This document shows, in pieces, positions 8,792 to 16,651 of a stretch of 64,000 nt of DNA. Source of the DNA: Betaproteobacteria bacterium (GTDB taxonomy: Bacteria > Pseudomonadota > Gammaproteobacteria > Burkholderiales > Ga0077523); assembly GCA_016125475.1 (NCBI GenBank), contig WGLR01000005.1:11859-75858 (forward strand), read 5' to 3'. Numbering within the stretch: position 1 is the first letter of the stretch; each line of letters opens with the position of its first letter. The position numbers and the translations under genes were made by a program. The notes below the pieces were generated by a model. It saw only the letters and a program-made list of their open reading frames with translations. It made no database searches and was not told the origin of the DNA.

Positions 8792-10522
8792 TCAGTTGTT
8801 CGGACAGCTGCCCGTAGTCGGGTCCGCCTGGCGGATCCGCGTGAGCGCCGGGGGTACGTAGGGAGTGCCCGTCGGAGCCGGTACGAGCGTGGAGGCCAGT
8901 GCGTCGGACAATGCGTCGATGTCGACCGCGCCGCCGAGGCGGTCCGTGCCTTCGTTGAACACGAGGAAGCTGTCACCGCCGGTCGCGAGAAAGCTGTTCA
9001 CCGTGACGCGGTACGTCTGACCATCCTGGATGGCGACGCCGTTCAGCTTGACGCTGCCCGGCACGACACGCGCACACGCGCCGCCTTTCGCGTCCCACTC
9101 GTACTCGAATCCCTTCGATACCTGGAGAACGCGGTTGAACGGCTGATTGTTCGTGCAGCCCACGAACTGCTGCTCAAGTGCGGTCTTTATCTGGGCGCCC
9201 GTGAGGGTCATGGTGACCAGGCTGTTTCCGAACGGTTGCACGGTGAATGCCTCGCCGTAGGTCACGTTGCCGTCGCCCTCGCCCACCGACGACGCGTAGG
9301 CAAAGTCCGCGCGCACGCCGCCCGGATTCATGAAGGCGATCCGGGCATCACCGAAGCCAGAAGGTGCGGTGGCGGCGAGCTGCGAGTCCGCGATGAGGTC
9401 GCCGGCCTGGTGCTCGCACGCGGGGCTCGTGCTGCGCGTGACCGAAGTCGCGATCTTGCCGATGACGCGGTTCGCGATCGGCCCGACGAGACCCGCGTAG
9501 TGGTCGACCACCGCGGCGATCGCGGCGTTCGGCGTGACGCCCGGATCGTCCCGCGCCACGACGACCTGCCTGGCCGAGACCGACTTGACGTCGCGAGTCG
9601 CCGTGTCGAGCACGAGGTCGATGTTCGTGAGCAGGCGGCCGTAGGAACTCGCGCTCGTCACGGGAACGAGCTTGCCGTTCGAGACGGGCAGGTCGCATAG
9701 GTAGGCCTGGTGAGTGTGGCCCGAAATGACGAGATCGACGGCCGGGTCGAGGCGGCTCACGATGTCGGTGATCGCGCCGCTGAAGCCCACGCAGCCGCCG
9801 ATCGGTCCGCCCGCCTGGGCGCCGCCTTCGTGTACGACGACGGCGATCGCGTTGACGCCCTGGTTGCGCAGCGTGCGGATGAGCGAATTGACCGTGTCCG
9901 CCTCGTCGTTGAAATTCAGTCCCGCGACACCCGTCGGGGTCACGATGGTGGGCGTGTTCTCGAGCGTCATGCCGATGAACGCCATGCGAACACCGCTGAA
10001 AGTCCTGATGACGTAGCGCGGGAACAGCGGTCGCCCGGTCGTCTGGTCCAGCACGTTCGCGGCGAGGTACTTGAACGTCGCGCCCGTGAACGGGCCGTTC
10101 AGCCCCATGCAGCTGTTGGCGTCCCTCGGGTGACATCCGCCCTTCTGCAGCCGGATCAGCTCGTCCCGCCCTTCGTCGAACTCGTGGTTGCCGACGGAGG
10201 AGATGTCGACGCCCATCATGTTCATGACTTCGACGGTAGGCTCGTCATGGAACAGCGCCGAGATGAGCGGGCTCGCGCCGACCATGTCGCCGGCGTGCAC
10301 CACCACACTGTTGACAGGGTTCTCGGCCCGCAGCTTTGCGATCCATCCCGCGAGATAGTCCGCGCCGCCAGCCGGATGCCCGGAGAAGCTGCCCGGGGAC
10401 TGCAGATTTCCGTGAAAGTCGTTGAACGCGATGATCTTGACGGGAACGTCGGCGGCAACGGCGCTTCCGGCGACGCCCGTGGCGGCGAGCGCGAGGGAGG
10501 CAACGAGGTTCTTGAGTTTCAT
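8792..10522 (-). CDS. bifunctional metallophosphatase / 5'-nucleotidase (UshA-like), secreted
   Basis: 576 aa. Signal peptide, calcineurin-like motifs FNDFHGN, GDMVGASP, GNHEFD, and a C-terminal 5'-nucleotidase domain. Confidence 0.85.
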   Translation of the reverse strand: MKLKNLVASLALAATGVAGSAVAADVPVKIIAFNDFHGNLQSPGSFSGHPAGGADYLAGWIAKLRAENPVNSVVVHAGDMVGASPLISALFHDEPTVEVMNMMGVDISSVGNHEFDEGRDELIRLQKGGCHPRDANSCMGLNGPFTGATFKYLAANVLDQTTGRPLFPRYVIRTFSGVRMAFIGMTLENTPTIVTPTGVAGLNFNDEADTVNSLIRTLRNQGVNAIAVVVHEGGAQAGGPIGGCVGFSGAITDIVSRLDPAVDLVISGHTHQAYLCDLPVSNGKLVPVTSASSYGRLLTNIDLVLDTATRDVKSVSARQVVVARDDPGVTPNAAIAAVVDHYAGLVGPIANRVIGKIATSVTRSTSPACEHQAGDLIADSQLAATAPSGFGDARIAFMNPGGVRADFAYASSVGEGDGNVTYGEAFTVQPFGNSLVTMTLTGAQIKTALEQQFVGCTNNQPFNRVLQVSKGFEYEWDAKGGACARVVPGSVKLNGVAIQDGQTYRVTVNSFLATGGDSFLVFNEGTDRLGGAVDIDALSDALASTLVPAPTGTPYVPPALTRIRQADPTTGSCPNN

Positions 10523-10540
10523 GAGCAGGCTCCCGGAGGC

Positions 10541-11065
10541 TTACTTGGCTTGGCGGCGCAACGCGCCGAGGATCAGGATTCCCCCCGCGCCCAGCAGCGC
10601 GAACGTGCCGGGTTCCGGCACGGGCGTGAGCATCAGTCCGCCCGAGGCGGCGAACGTGTCCGGTGCGAACGACACCGCGCGGCCCGTGATCGAATAGGTG
10701 CCGGCAGCGAGGACAAATTCGCCGTGGCTCCAGCGCTGGTCGGCTGCCGCATCGTCGAAATCGAACAGGAACGTATCGCCGGCGTTTCCCGGAACGGACG
10801 TGAGCCCGAGCGACACCCCGTTCGCGAAGACCTCGTAACGGTCGCCCGTGTACCCGTTGTCGACGACGAGGAGGACAGCCGCCCTGGCCAGCGTGACGTC
10901 GAACTCCAGGGGGTCGTAGTTCTCGTCGACCCACGGAGCGTCAGTCACGTCCGAGTAGGCGTCGAACCAGTACCAGGTGTCGGTGGCGACCGGCGTACCG
11001 GCGAGCGCGGTCGACGCCGCGAGCGACAGGCCGAGCGCGAGCACGGCCTTCTTGAGAGGTCTCAT
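10541..11065 (-). CDS. PEP-CTERM sorting-domain protein
   Basis: 174 aa from the ATG at 11065, preceded by AAGGAGA. Signal peptide MRPLKKAVLALGLSLAASTALA. C-terminal VPEPGTFALLGAGGILILGALRRQ is PEP + TM + Arg-rich. Confidence 0.8.
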   Translation of the reverse strand: MRPLKKAVLALGLSLAASTALAGTPVATDTWYWFDAYSDVTDAPWVDENYDPLEFDVTLARAAVLLVVDNGYTGDRYEVFANGVSLGLTSVPGNAGDTFLFDFDDAAADQRWSHGEFVLAAGTYSITGRAVSFAPDTFAASGGLMLTPVPEPGTFALLGAGGILILGALRRQAK

Positions 11066-11394
11066 GGAATCTTTCTCCTTGTCTGATGCGGAAGAATCGG
11101 GGCGCGACATGCTGCGCACGACAAATCTACGTGCGCCAAATTGCGCGACGACGATCGTCCATGCTGTGCGCATGGGCGGAACGATCCACCCCAGCCAACA
11201 GATTCATGACATCGAGCCAGCGTGTCGGGGTATCCGCGTGACTGAGCACCAGTGCTCGGCACATCGTCGAACATGACGGCTTTGCTTCACGAATGGGTCG
11301 TTCGGATCACTGCTGGCGCAGAGAGGCGGCTCAGAGGCGTTCACGACGCACTGCCACCATGGGGTCGTGATGACGGTTCACGCGAGGTGGCGAG

Positions 11395-11742
11395 ATGAGA
11401 GGCATTCGACAGACGGTCCGCGGCGTGGTCTACGACACGCACGAGGCGGAGTTCGTGGCGTCCGCGTCGATTCCCGACGAGGACGACGTCGATCTCGACG
11501 TGTCCCTGTTCCGGACCGCGGACGACCACTGGTTTCTCGCGCTGAGTGGTGACTCCCGCTCACGCGGATCGGTCACACCGCTGAGCCGTGAGCAGGCGCG
11601 TCAGTGGTGTGTCGACAACCAGGTCGACGCGAAGATCGTTCGATTTCACTTCGAAGCGCTCGAGCAGCACGGCGTCGAGCGACCGGTTGCCGCGCTCCTG
11701 CGCAGCCGCGCCGTCGAGAACTATCCGCGCGGTACGGGCTGA
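11395..11742 (+). CDS. hypothetical protein (acidic, 115 aa)
   Basis: ORF with protein-like composition and G/C-rich third positions. No motif recognised. Confidence 0.45.
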   Translation: MRGIRQTVRGVVYDTHEAEFVASASIPDEDDVDLDVSLFRTADDHWFLALSGDSRSRGSVTPLSREQARQWCVDNQVDAKIVRFHFEALEQHGVERPVAALLRSRAVENYPRGTG

Positions 11743-11761
11743 CGGGCGGACGTCCGGCGGG

Positions 11762-12205
11762 TCATTCGACCCGGAGTTCGAATCTCCGGTCCACGCGCGC
11801 GATCGGGAAGGGCGCGGCGCGGCGTGCGGGTTCGGCGCCGGGCCTTGCGGCGTTCCGGCCCGGAATGGCCAGGCCCTCGATCGCAGGGTCGTCCGGAGTC
11901 GCCGTTTCGGGTGCGAGCGTCACGTCGACGATCGCGCCCACGGGAACGTCACGGTCCTCGATACGTGCCTGCACCGTCCGTCTGCCGTCCGTGAGGGGCT
12001 GCCGCAGATCGACCTCGACCCAGACGGGATCCGTGGTCGCCTGTCGTGTCCCGAGCGTGCGATCGACGAGTATTCCCGTGTACGGCTCCGTGAAGACACC
12101 CGTGACGGTGCCGGACGCGAGGCGGCCGCCAGGGTCCCCGATGGTCGAGCACGCGGGCACGAGCAGACAGACGCAGAGCAATGCGGAATGGACGCGGTTC
12201 GACAA
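11762..12205 (-). CDS. hypothetical lipoprotein
   Basis: 147 aa if started at the TTG at 12205, 9 nt after GAGGAG. This gives a textbook lipoprotein signal (M)SNRVHSALLCVCLLVPAC|S. The upstream part of the 376-aa ORF is Arg-rich junk. Confidence 0.5.
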   Translation of the reverse strand: MSNRVHSALLCVCLLVPACSTIGDPGGRLASGTVTGVFTEPYTGILVDRTLGTRQATTDPVWVEVDLRQPLTDGRRTVQARIEDRDVPVGAIVDVTLAPETATPDDPAIEGLAIPGRNAARPGAEPARRAAPFPIARVDRRFELRVE

Positions 12206-12443
12206 CGTACACGACTCCTCGGAAACACCGGACCGACGGGCATCCGGCCAGGCGCCGGGCATGCCTTCCCTGTGCAGGGCCGGATGGCGTGCCCCGCACG
12301 AATCATTACGGTCGTGTGGCCGGAAATCTGAACCACGCGCGTCGTGCGGCCTTGCCGGGCAGGCGGTGCTGTCCCGCGGCGAAGCGCGCGCCCGACTTGC
12401 GAAGGCCTGCGACCAGTGGTGATGCGGGTTCCGGCGTGCCTCG

Positions 12444-13475
12444 TCAGAGAGAGGTGTCCGCGGCCGTGCGACGCAGGTCGAACGCGTCGGCGAGGAGTTC
12501 GTAGGACCGGTGCCGCGGCTGTGGCTCGTAGGTCCAGGTGACGATGACCAGTTCGTCCAGTTCGAGACGCTGCGCCAGTTCGTGCAGACGTCCGGACACC
12601 TGATCGGCCGTGCCCACGAATGCCTTGCGGCGCAATGCGTCGATGACCGCACGCTCGGGCTCGGTGTAGGGCTGGGCAGCGGCTTCGTCGGGTGGGACGA
12701 GCGCGTTGCGCAGGCCCTTCTCGAAGCCCACGCGCCAGAGTTCGCGCGTGTGCAGCAGTCTGCGCGCCTCGGCCTCGGTGTCCGCCGCGAGAGCCCATAC
12801 ACAGATCGTGGCCTGCGGGTGCGGGTGCCGCTCGCTGGGTCGGTAGTTGCGGCGATAGAGGTCCAGCGCCTGTTCGACGCCGCGACCGTCACTGAAGAAG
12901 TACGCGAATGCGTAGGGCAGTCCGAAGTGGGCCGCGAGCTGCGCGCCGTAGTCGGAGCTTCCGAGTATCCAGAGTTCCGGAACCGTCGGGCCGAGCGGGT
13001 GCGCCTTGATCGCCGCGAACGGGTGACCCTCCTGGAGCGGCTGTCCGGATACCCACGCCTGCAGATCGAGCACCTGGCGCGGAAATTCGTCCGCGGCGTT
13101 CGAATGCGGATTGAGCGCGAACCCGGTGAGGCGGTCCGACCCCGGTGCGCGACCGACCCCGAGATCGATACGTCCGGGCGCGATGGCGTCGAGCACGCGA
13201 AACTGTTCGGCGACCTTGAGCGAGGAATAGTGCGGCAGCATCACGCCCGCACTGCCGATGCGGATTCGCCGGGTGGTCGCGGCGATTGCGGCCATGAGCA
13301 CCTCGGGTGCCGTGCCCACGATGCTGTCGCTGTTGTGGTGTTCCGAGACCCAGTAGCGGTGGTAGCCGAGCGCGTCGCAGCGACGCGCGAGGTCGAGCGT
13401 TTCCCGGATCGCTTCGGCCTGCGTGCGGCCCCTGGAGGCAGTGGACTGATCGAGGACGGAGATTCGGAGTGTCAT
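12444..13475 (-). CDS. LLM-class (luciferase-like) flavin-dependent oxidoreductase
   Basis: 343 aa. MTLRISVLDQS... with HYHRYWVSEHHN, typical of the YhbW/LLM family. Confidence 0.8.
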   Translation of the reverse strand: MTLRISVLDQSTASRGRTQAEAIRETLDLARRCDALGYHRYWVSEHHNSDSIVGTAPEVLMAAIAATTRRIRIGSAGVMLPHYSSLKVAEQFRVLDAIAPGRIDLGVGRAPGSDRLTGFALNPHSNAADEFPRQVLDLQAWVSGQPLQEGHPFAAIKAHPLGPTVPELWILGSSDYGAQLAAHFGLPYAFAYFFSDGRGVEQALDLYRRNYRPSERHPHPQATICVWALAADTEAEARRLLHTRELWRVGFEKGLRNALVPPDEAAAQPYTEPERAVIDALRRKAFVGTADQVSGRLHELAQRLELDELVIVTWTYEPQPRHRSYELLADAFDLRRTAADTSL

Positions 13476-13479
13476 GGCG

Positions 13480-14139
13480 TCAATATAGCGTGGACGGGGA
13501 AAGGGTCAACCACGTGCGGCCTCGCTGACGTTCGACGGTCACGGCGTCGAGCGTCGGATTGCAGCGGTAGGTGAGGAAGCAGCGGTCCCGCACGTGGGAC
13601 AGGCCGTCGGGCCGGAACACGGCGGCGTTGGTGCCCTCGCACCGGGCCGACGGGGCGAGGATGCCATGGTGTCCCTGGGCGTGCAGGTAGGCGCCGAGGT
13701 TCTGCGAGAAGACGTAGCTGGTCCGGCTGAGCAGTTCCGGGGCCTCGTCCACGCGGTCCCGCAGGTCGACGAGCAGGGCGTCGCAGCGGACGTCGCAGAC
13801 GCGGCGTTCCCCCGTGATGACGCGATTCTCGTCAGGAAAGCAGTCCATCACGAAGCGGTGCCAGTGGTACACGGTCTCGCAGACGGTCGTCTTCAGGTCG
13901 AGGGACCCGTACCAGACGCCGAAGCGCCGGCCGTCACTGTAGCGGGTCGCGTTCCAGTGGGACGGGTCGAACGTGTACGTGATCACCGATCCATAGTCGA
14001 ACGGGCGCGTCACGAGCGCTGCCCGCGTCGGTGTGCTGCCCTCGCCTTCGGCCGTGATCGCGATGGCCCAGTCCGCGGGGTCGGGCGACAGGTCGTCGAA
14101 CAGGTCCTGTGACGCCCGGATGCCCTTGATGTTTCGCAC
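13480..14139 (-). CDS. RES-domain toxin (NAD+-targeting, MbcT/ParT family)
   Basis: 219 aa. R-E-S signature in order: NATRYSDGRRFGVWY, CETVYHW, GILAPSAR. Preceded by a DUF2384/Xre-type antitoxin gene. Confidence 0.8.
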   Translation of the reverse strand: MRNIKGIRASQDLFDDLSPDPADWAIAITAEGEGSTPTRAALVTRPFDYGSVITYTFDPSHWNATRYSDGRRFGVWYGSLDLKTTVCETVYHWHRFVMDCFPDENRVITGERRVCDVRCDALLVDLRDRVDEAPELLSRTSYVFSQNLGAYLHAQGHHGILAPSARCEGTNAAVFRPDGLSHVRDRCFLTYRCNPTLDAVTVERQRGRTWLTLSPSTLY

Positions 14140-14194
14140 GAGGTCGCCGGAGAAGGCAGTCGTCCGGCCGGAGAGGGTGCCGAAGGGATCCAGT

Positions 14195-14599
14195 TCAGGT
14201 TCCCCGCTCGAAGTCCAGGTAGCGGCGCAGTGCGAGGAGCCCCTCGAACCCGCGCTCGATCACGATGTCGACGGGGCGGGCACCCAGCAGGCGATTCGGC
14301 GTCGAGATCCAGCGATAGGCCAGGTCGCGGTCCTGAGGGAAGAGGATCCTGAGTGCCTTGTGAATGCCGAGGAGGTGGCCGGCGCGATCGAGCAGGTCGC
14401 GGCTGTCCGCCAGCGGTTCGCCGCGGCGGTAGCGGGCGAGCGTGGACCGGTTGTCCGGGGAAAGACCCAGCAGCGCGGCCTGTTCGGCCGCCGTGATCTG
14501 CCAGTGATCGAAGAGCCGCGTGATCATGCGTGCGAGGCTCACGCGCGCATCGCGCGACCGCAGAGAGTGAGTGGATGCTGCCGGCTCGCGGACTTGCAT
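14195..14599 (-). CDS. Xre-like / DUF2384 antitoxin of the RES toxin (MbcA/ParS family)
   Basis: C-terminal ...AYRWISTPNRLLGARPVDIVIERGFEGLLALRRYLD is the DUF2384 pattern, and the N-terminal ITAAEQAALLGLSPDNRSTLARYRRG is HTH-like. Start is ambiguous (ATG 14599 or ATG 14527). Confidence 0.75.
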   Translation of the reverse strand: MQVREPAASTHSLRSRDARVSLARMITRLFDHWQITAAEQAALLGLSPDNRSTLARYRRGEPLADSRDLLDRAGHLLGIHKALRILFPQDRDLAYRWISTPNRLLGARPVDIVIERGFEGLLALRRYLDFERGT

Positions 14600-14634
14600 G
14601 GTCGGGATTCCACGGGAACGACTCGTGTCCGGAC

Positions 14635-14650
14635 CGTAGCAATTGCTACG
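14635..14650. promoter_or_regulatory. 16-bp perfect palindrome, candidate TA operator
   Basis: CGTAGCAATTGCTACG lies 36 nt upstream of the ATG at 14599 of the antitoxin gene. Confidence 0.5.
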
Positions 14651-14761
14651 TCCTCCGTCAAGAGGAGGGCGCTCGCCGGGGAGGCACGTTCGCGTGCGGC
14701 GCCCCGTGCCGGACCGGCGGGGAGGGTCCGCATCGCCTGGTGCTCGTTCCCGCTTCTCCGC

Positions 14762-14779
14762 GTGCGCGTTGCGCACCCT
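14762..14779. repeat. third copy of the GTGCGCG(G/T)TGCGCACCCT palindromic core
   Basis: 17/18 identical to 70-87 and 151-168. Intergenic, immediately 5' of a TAAAAT hexamer upstream of the thioesterase gene. Confidence 0.55.
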
Positions 14780-14824
14780 AAAATCCGTATGATCGGGACA
14801 ACGCGAGCACGGAGATGCCAGGCG

Positions 14825-15256
14825 ATGATCTGGAAGAGACGCCCCACCCTGGAGACACTGAGGTCGATGCACGTCGGCACGGCCGTCGCGACACTCGGCA
14901 TCGAGTTCACCGGCGTCGAGGACGACGCGTTGTCCGCGCGCATGCCGGTGGACCGTCGCACCGTGCAGCCCATGGGCATCCTGCACGGTGGCGCCTCGGC
15001 ACTGCTGGCCGAGACGCTCGGCAGCTGCGCGGCCGCGCACTGCGTCGACCCCGACACGCATTACGTCGTGGGCCTGGAGATCAATGCGAACCACCTGCGT
15101 CCCGTGCGTGAAGGATGGGTGGCGGGACGCGCCACGCCGATTCACGTGGGGCGTACCACGCAGGTCTGGGACGTGGACATACGCGACGAGGCCGGGCGGC
15201 GCACCTGCACATCGCGTCTCACGCTCGCCGTGATCGCGAAGCAGGACGCGAAGTGA
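14825..15256 (+). CDS. PaaI/YbdB/YdiI-family hotdog thioesterase
   Basis: 143 aa. Starts MIWKRRPTLETL... like E. coli YdiI/YbdB. Contains the conserved PMGILHGGASALLAETLGS block. Confidence 0.85.
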   Translation: MIWKRRPTLETLRSMHVGTAVATLGIEFTGVEDDALSARMPVDRRTVQPMGILHGGASALLAETLGSCAAAHCVDPDTHYVVGLEINANHLRPVREGWVAGRATPIHVGRTTQVWDVDIRDEAGRRTCTSRLTLAVIAKQDAK

Positions 15257-15266
15257 AGGCGTCGTC

Positions 15267-16550
15267 GTGATCGCCGGCACCGGGAACGCTCCGGACGTCG
15301 TGATCGCCGGGGGCGGCATCGGCGGGCTCGTGACCGCGCTCTGCCTGCATCGGGCCGGCGTGAACGTGCGCGTGTTCGAGGCCGCGCGCGAGTTTCGCCC
15401 GCTCGGCGTCGGCATCAACCTGCAGCCCCACGCCGTGAGGGTGCTGCACGCACTCGGGCTCGAGGAAGACCTGCGGCGCACCGCGATTCGCACGTCCGAG
15501 CTGGTCTACGTCAACAAGTTCGGACAGCGCATCTGGCAGGAACCACGCGGCCTCGATGCCGGATACGCCGTGCCTCAGTATTCCATCCATCGCGGCGAAC
15601 TGCAGATGATTCTCCATCGTGCCGCGACGCGTTCGCTGCCCCCGGACGCGATACGTGCCGGCCACGAGCTCGTCGGCTTCGGGCAGGACGCGTCCGGCGT
15701 GCACGCCGTGTTCGTGGAGCGTGGCGGCGGCGGGGACGTCACGATTGCCGCCGGTGCGCTCGTCGCCGCGGACGGGATCCATTCCGTCGTGCGTCGCACG
15801 TTCCACCCCGGGGAGGGCGAGCCCCGGTTCTCCGGGCGCATCCTCTGGCGCGCGACGACCAGGACGGCGCCCGTGCTCTCGGGGCGTTCGATGGTCTGGG
15901 CCGGGCACGACAGGCAGAAGTTCGTGGCCTATCCGATTTCCGAATCCGCGCGCGTCGAAGGACGTGCGCTCATGAACTGGATCGCCGAGTTGCGCGTACC
16001 GGAGGAACAGCCGCCACCGCGCAGCGACTGGAACCGGCGGGTCGACAAGGCCGTGTTCCGTGAAGCGTTCGCGTCCTGGGACTTCGGGTGGCTGAGCGTG
16101 CCGGGACTCATCGACGGTGCGGAGGCCGTTTACGAGTTTCCGATGGTGGACCGTGATCCGCTGCCGCGGTGGACGCACGGGCGCATCACCCTGCTCGGTG
16201 ACGCGGCACATCCCATGTACCCGGTCGGATCCAACGGTGCGTCGCAGGCCATCCTCGACGCGGAGGCGCTCGCGGATGCGTGTTCGCGGCAGTCGCGCGT
16301 GGAGGAGGTGTTCGCGGCCTACGAGGCGCAGCGAAGACCGGCCACGAGCGCGGTCGTGCTGGCGAACCGCGCAGGCGGGCCGGACCGGGTCCTGCAACTG
16401 GCCGAAGAGCGTGCGCCGAACGGCTTCGAGCGTATCGAGGACGTGATTCCGCGCCTGGAGCTGGAGGCCATCGCGAACCGGTACAAGCAGACCGCCGGCT
16501 TCGACCGCGAAACGGTCAATCGCAGGGTGCGTGGCGACGTGCCGCCGTGA
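15267..16550 (+). CDS. FAD-dependent aromatic-ring monooxygenase (salicylate hydroxylase-like)
   Basis: 427 aa. VVIAGGGIGGL dinucleotide fold, ADGIHS, and GDAAHPMYPVGSNGASQAI (the DG and GD motifs of group A flavin monooxygenases). GTG start. Confidence 0.8.
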   Translation: MIAGTGNAPDVVIAGGGIGGLVTALCLHRAGVNVRVFEAAREFRPLGVGINLQPHAVRVLHALGLEEDLRRTAIRTSELVYVNKFGQRIWQEPRGLDAGYAVPQYSIHRGELQMILHRAATRSLPPDAIRAGHELVGFGQDASGVHAVFVERGGGGDVTIAAGALVAADGIHSVVRRTFHPGEGEPRFSGRILWRATTRTAPVLSGRSMVWAGHDRQKFVAYPISESARVEGRALMNWIAELRVPEEQPPPRSDWNRRVDKAVFREAFASWDFGWLSVPGLIDGAEAVYEFPMVDRDPLPRWTHGRITLLGDAAHPMYPVGSNGASQAILDAEALADACSRQSRVEEVFAAYEAQRRPATSAVVLANRAGGPDRVLQLAEERAPNGFERIEDVIPRLELEAIANRYKQTAGFDRETVNRRVRGDVPP

Positions 16551-16651
16551 CGGTGCGCGAAGGCCTCCGAGACGAGCTTCACCGGTGCGCAGTGCCTACC
16601 CTGCCGTGGCGTTGTCACGTCCGGGCCGGGCCCGCGCCGTCACGCGGGGCG

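Noticed and set aside
11771-11796. Possible tRNA gene (perfect T-arm CGGAG-TTCGAAT-CTCCG plus a 7-nt tail).
   Set aside because: The ~50 nt upstream cannot form anticodon or D arms, and no complementary 5' acceptor strand (CGTGGAC) is present. It is kept only as a hairpin / possible att-scar observation.
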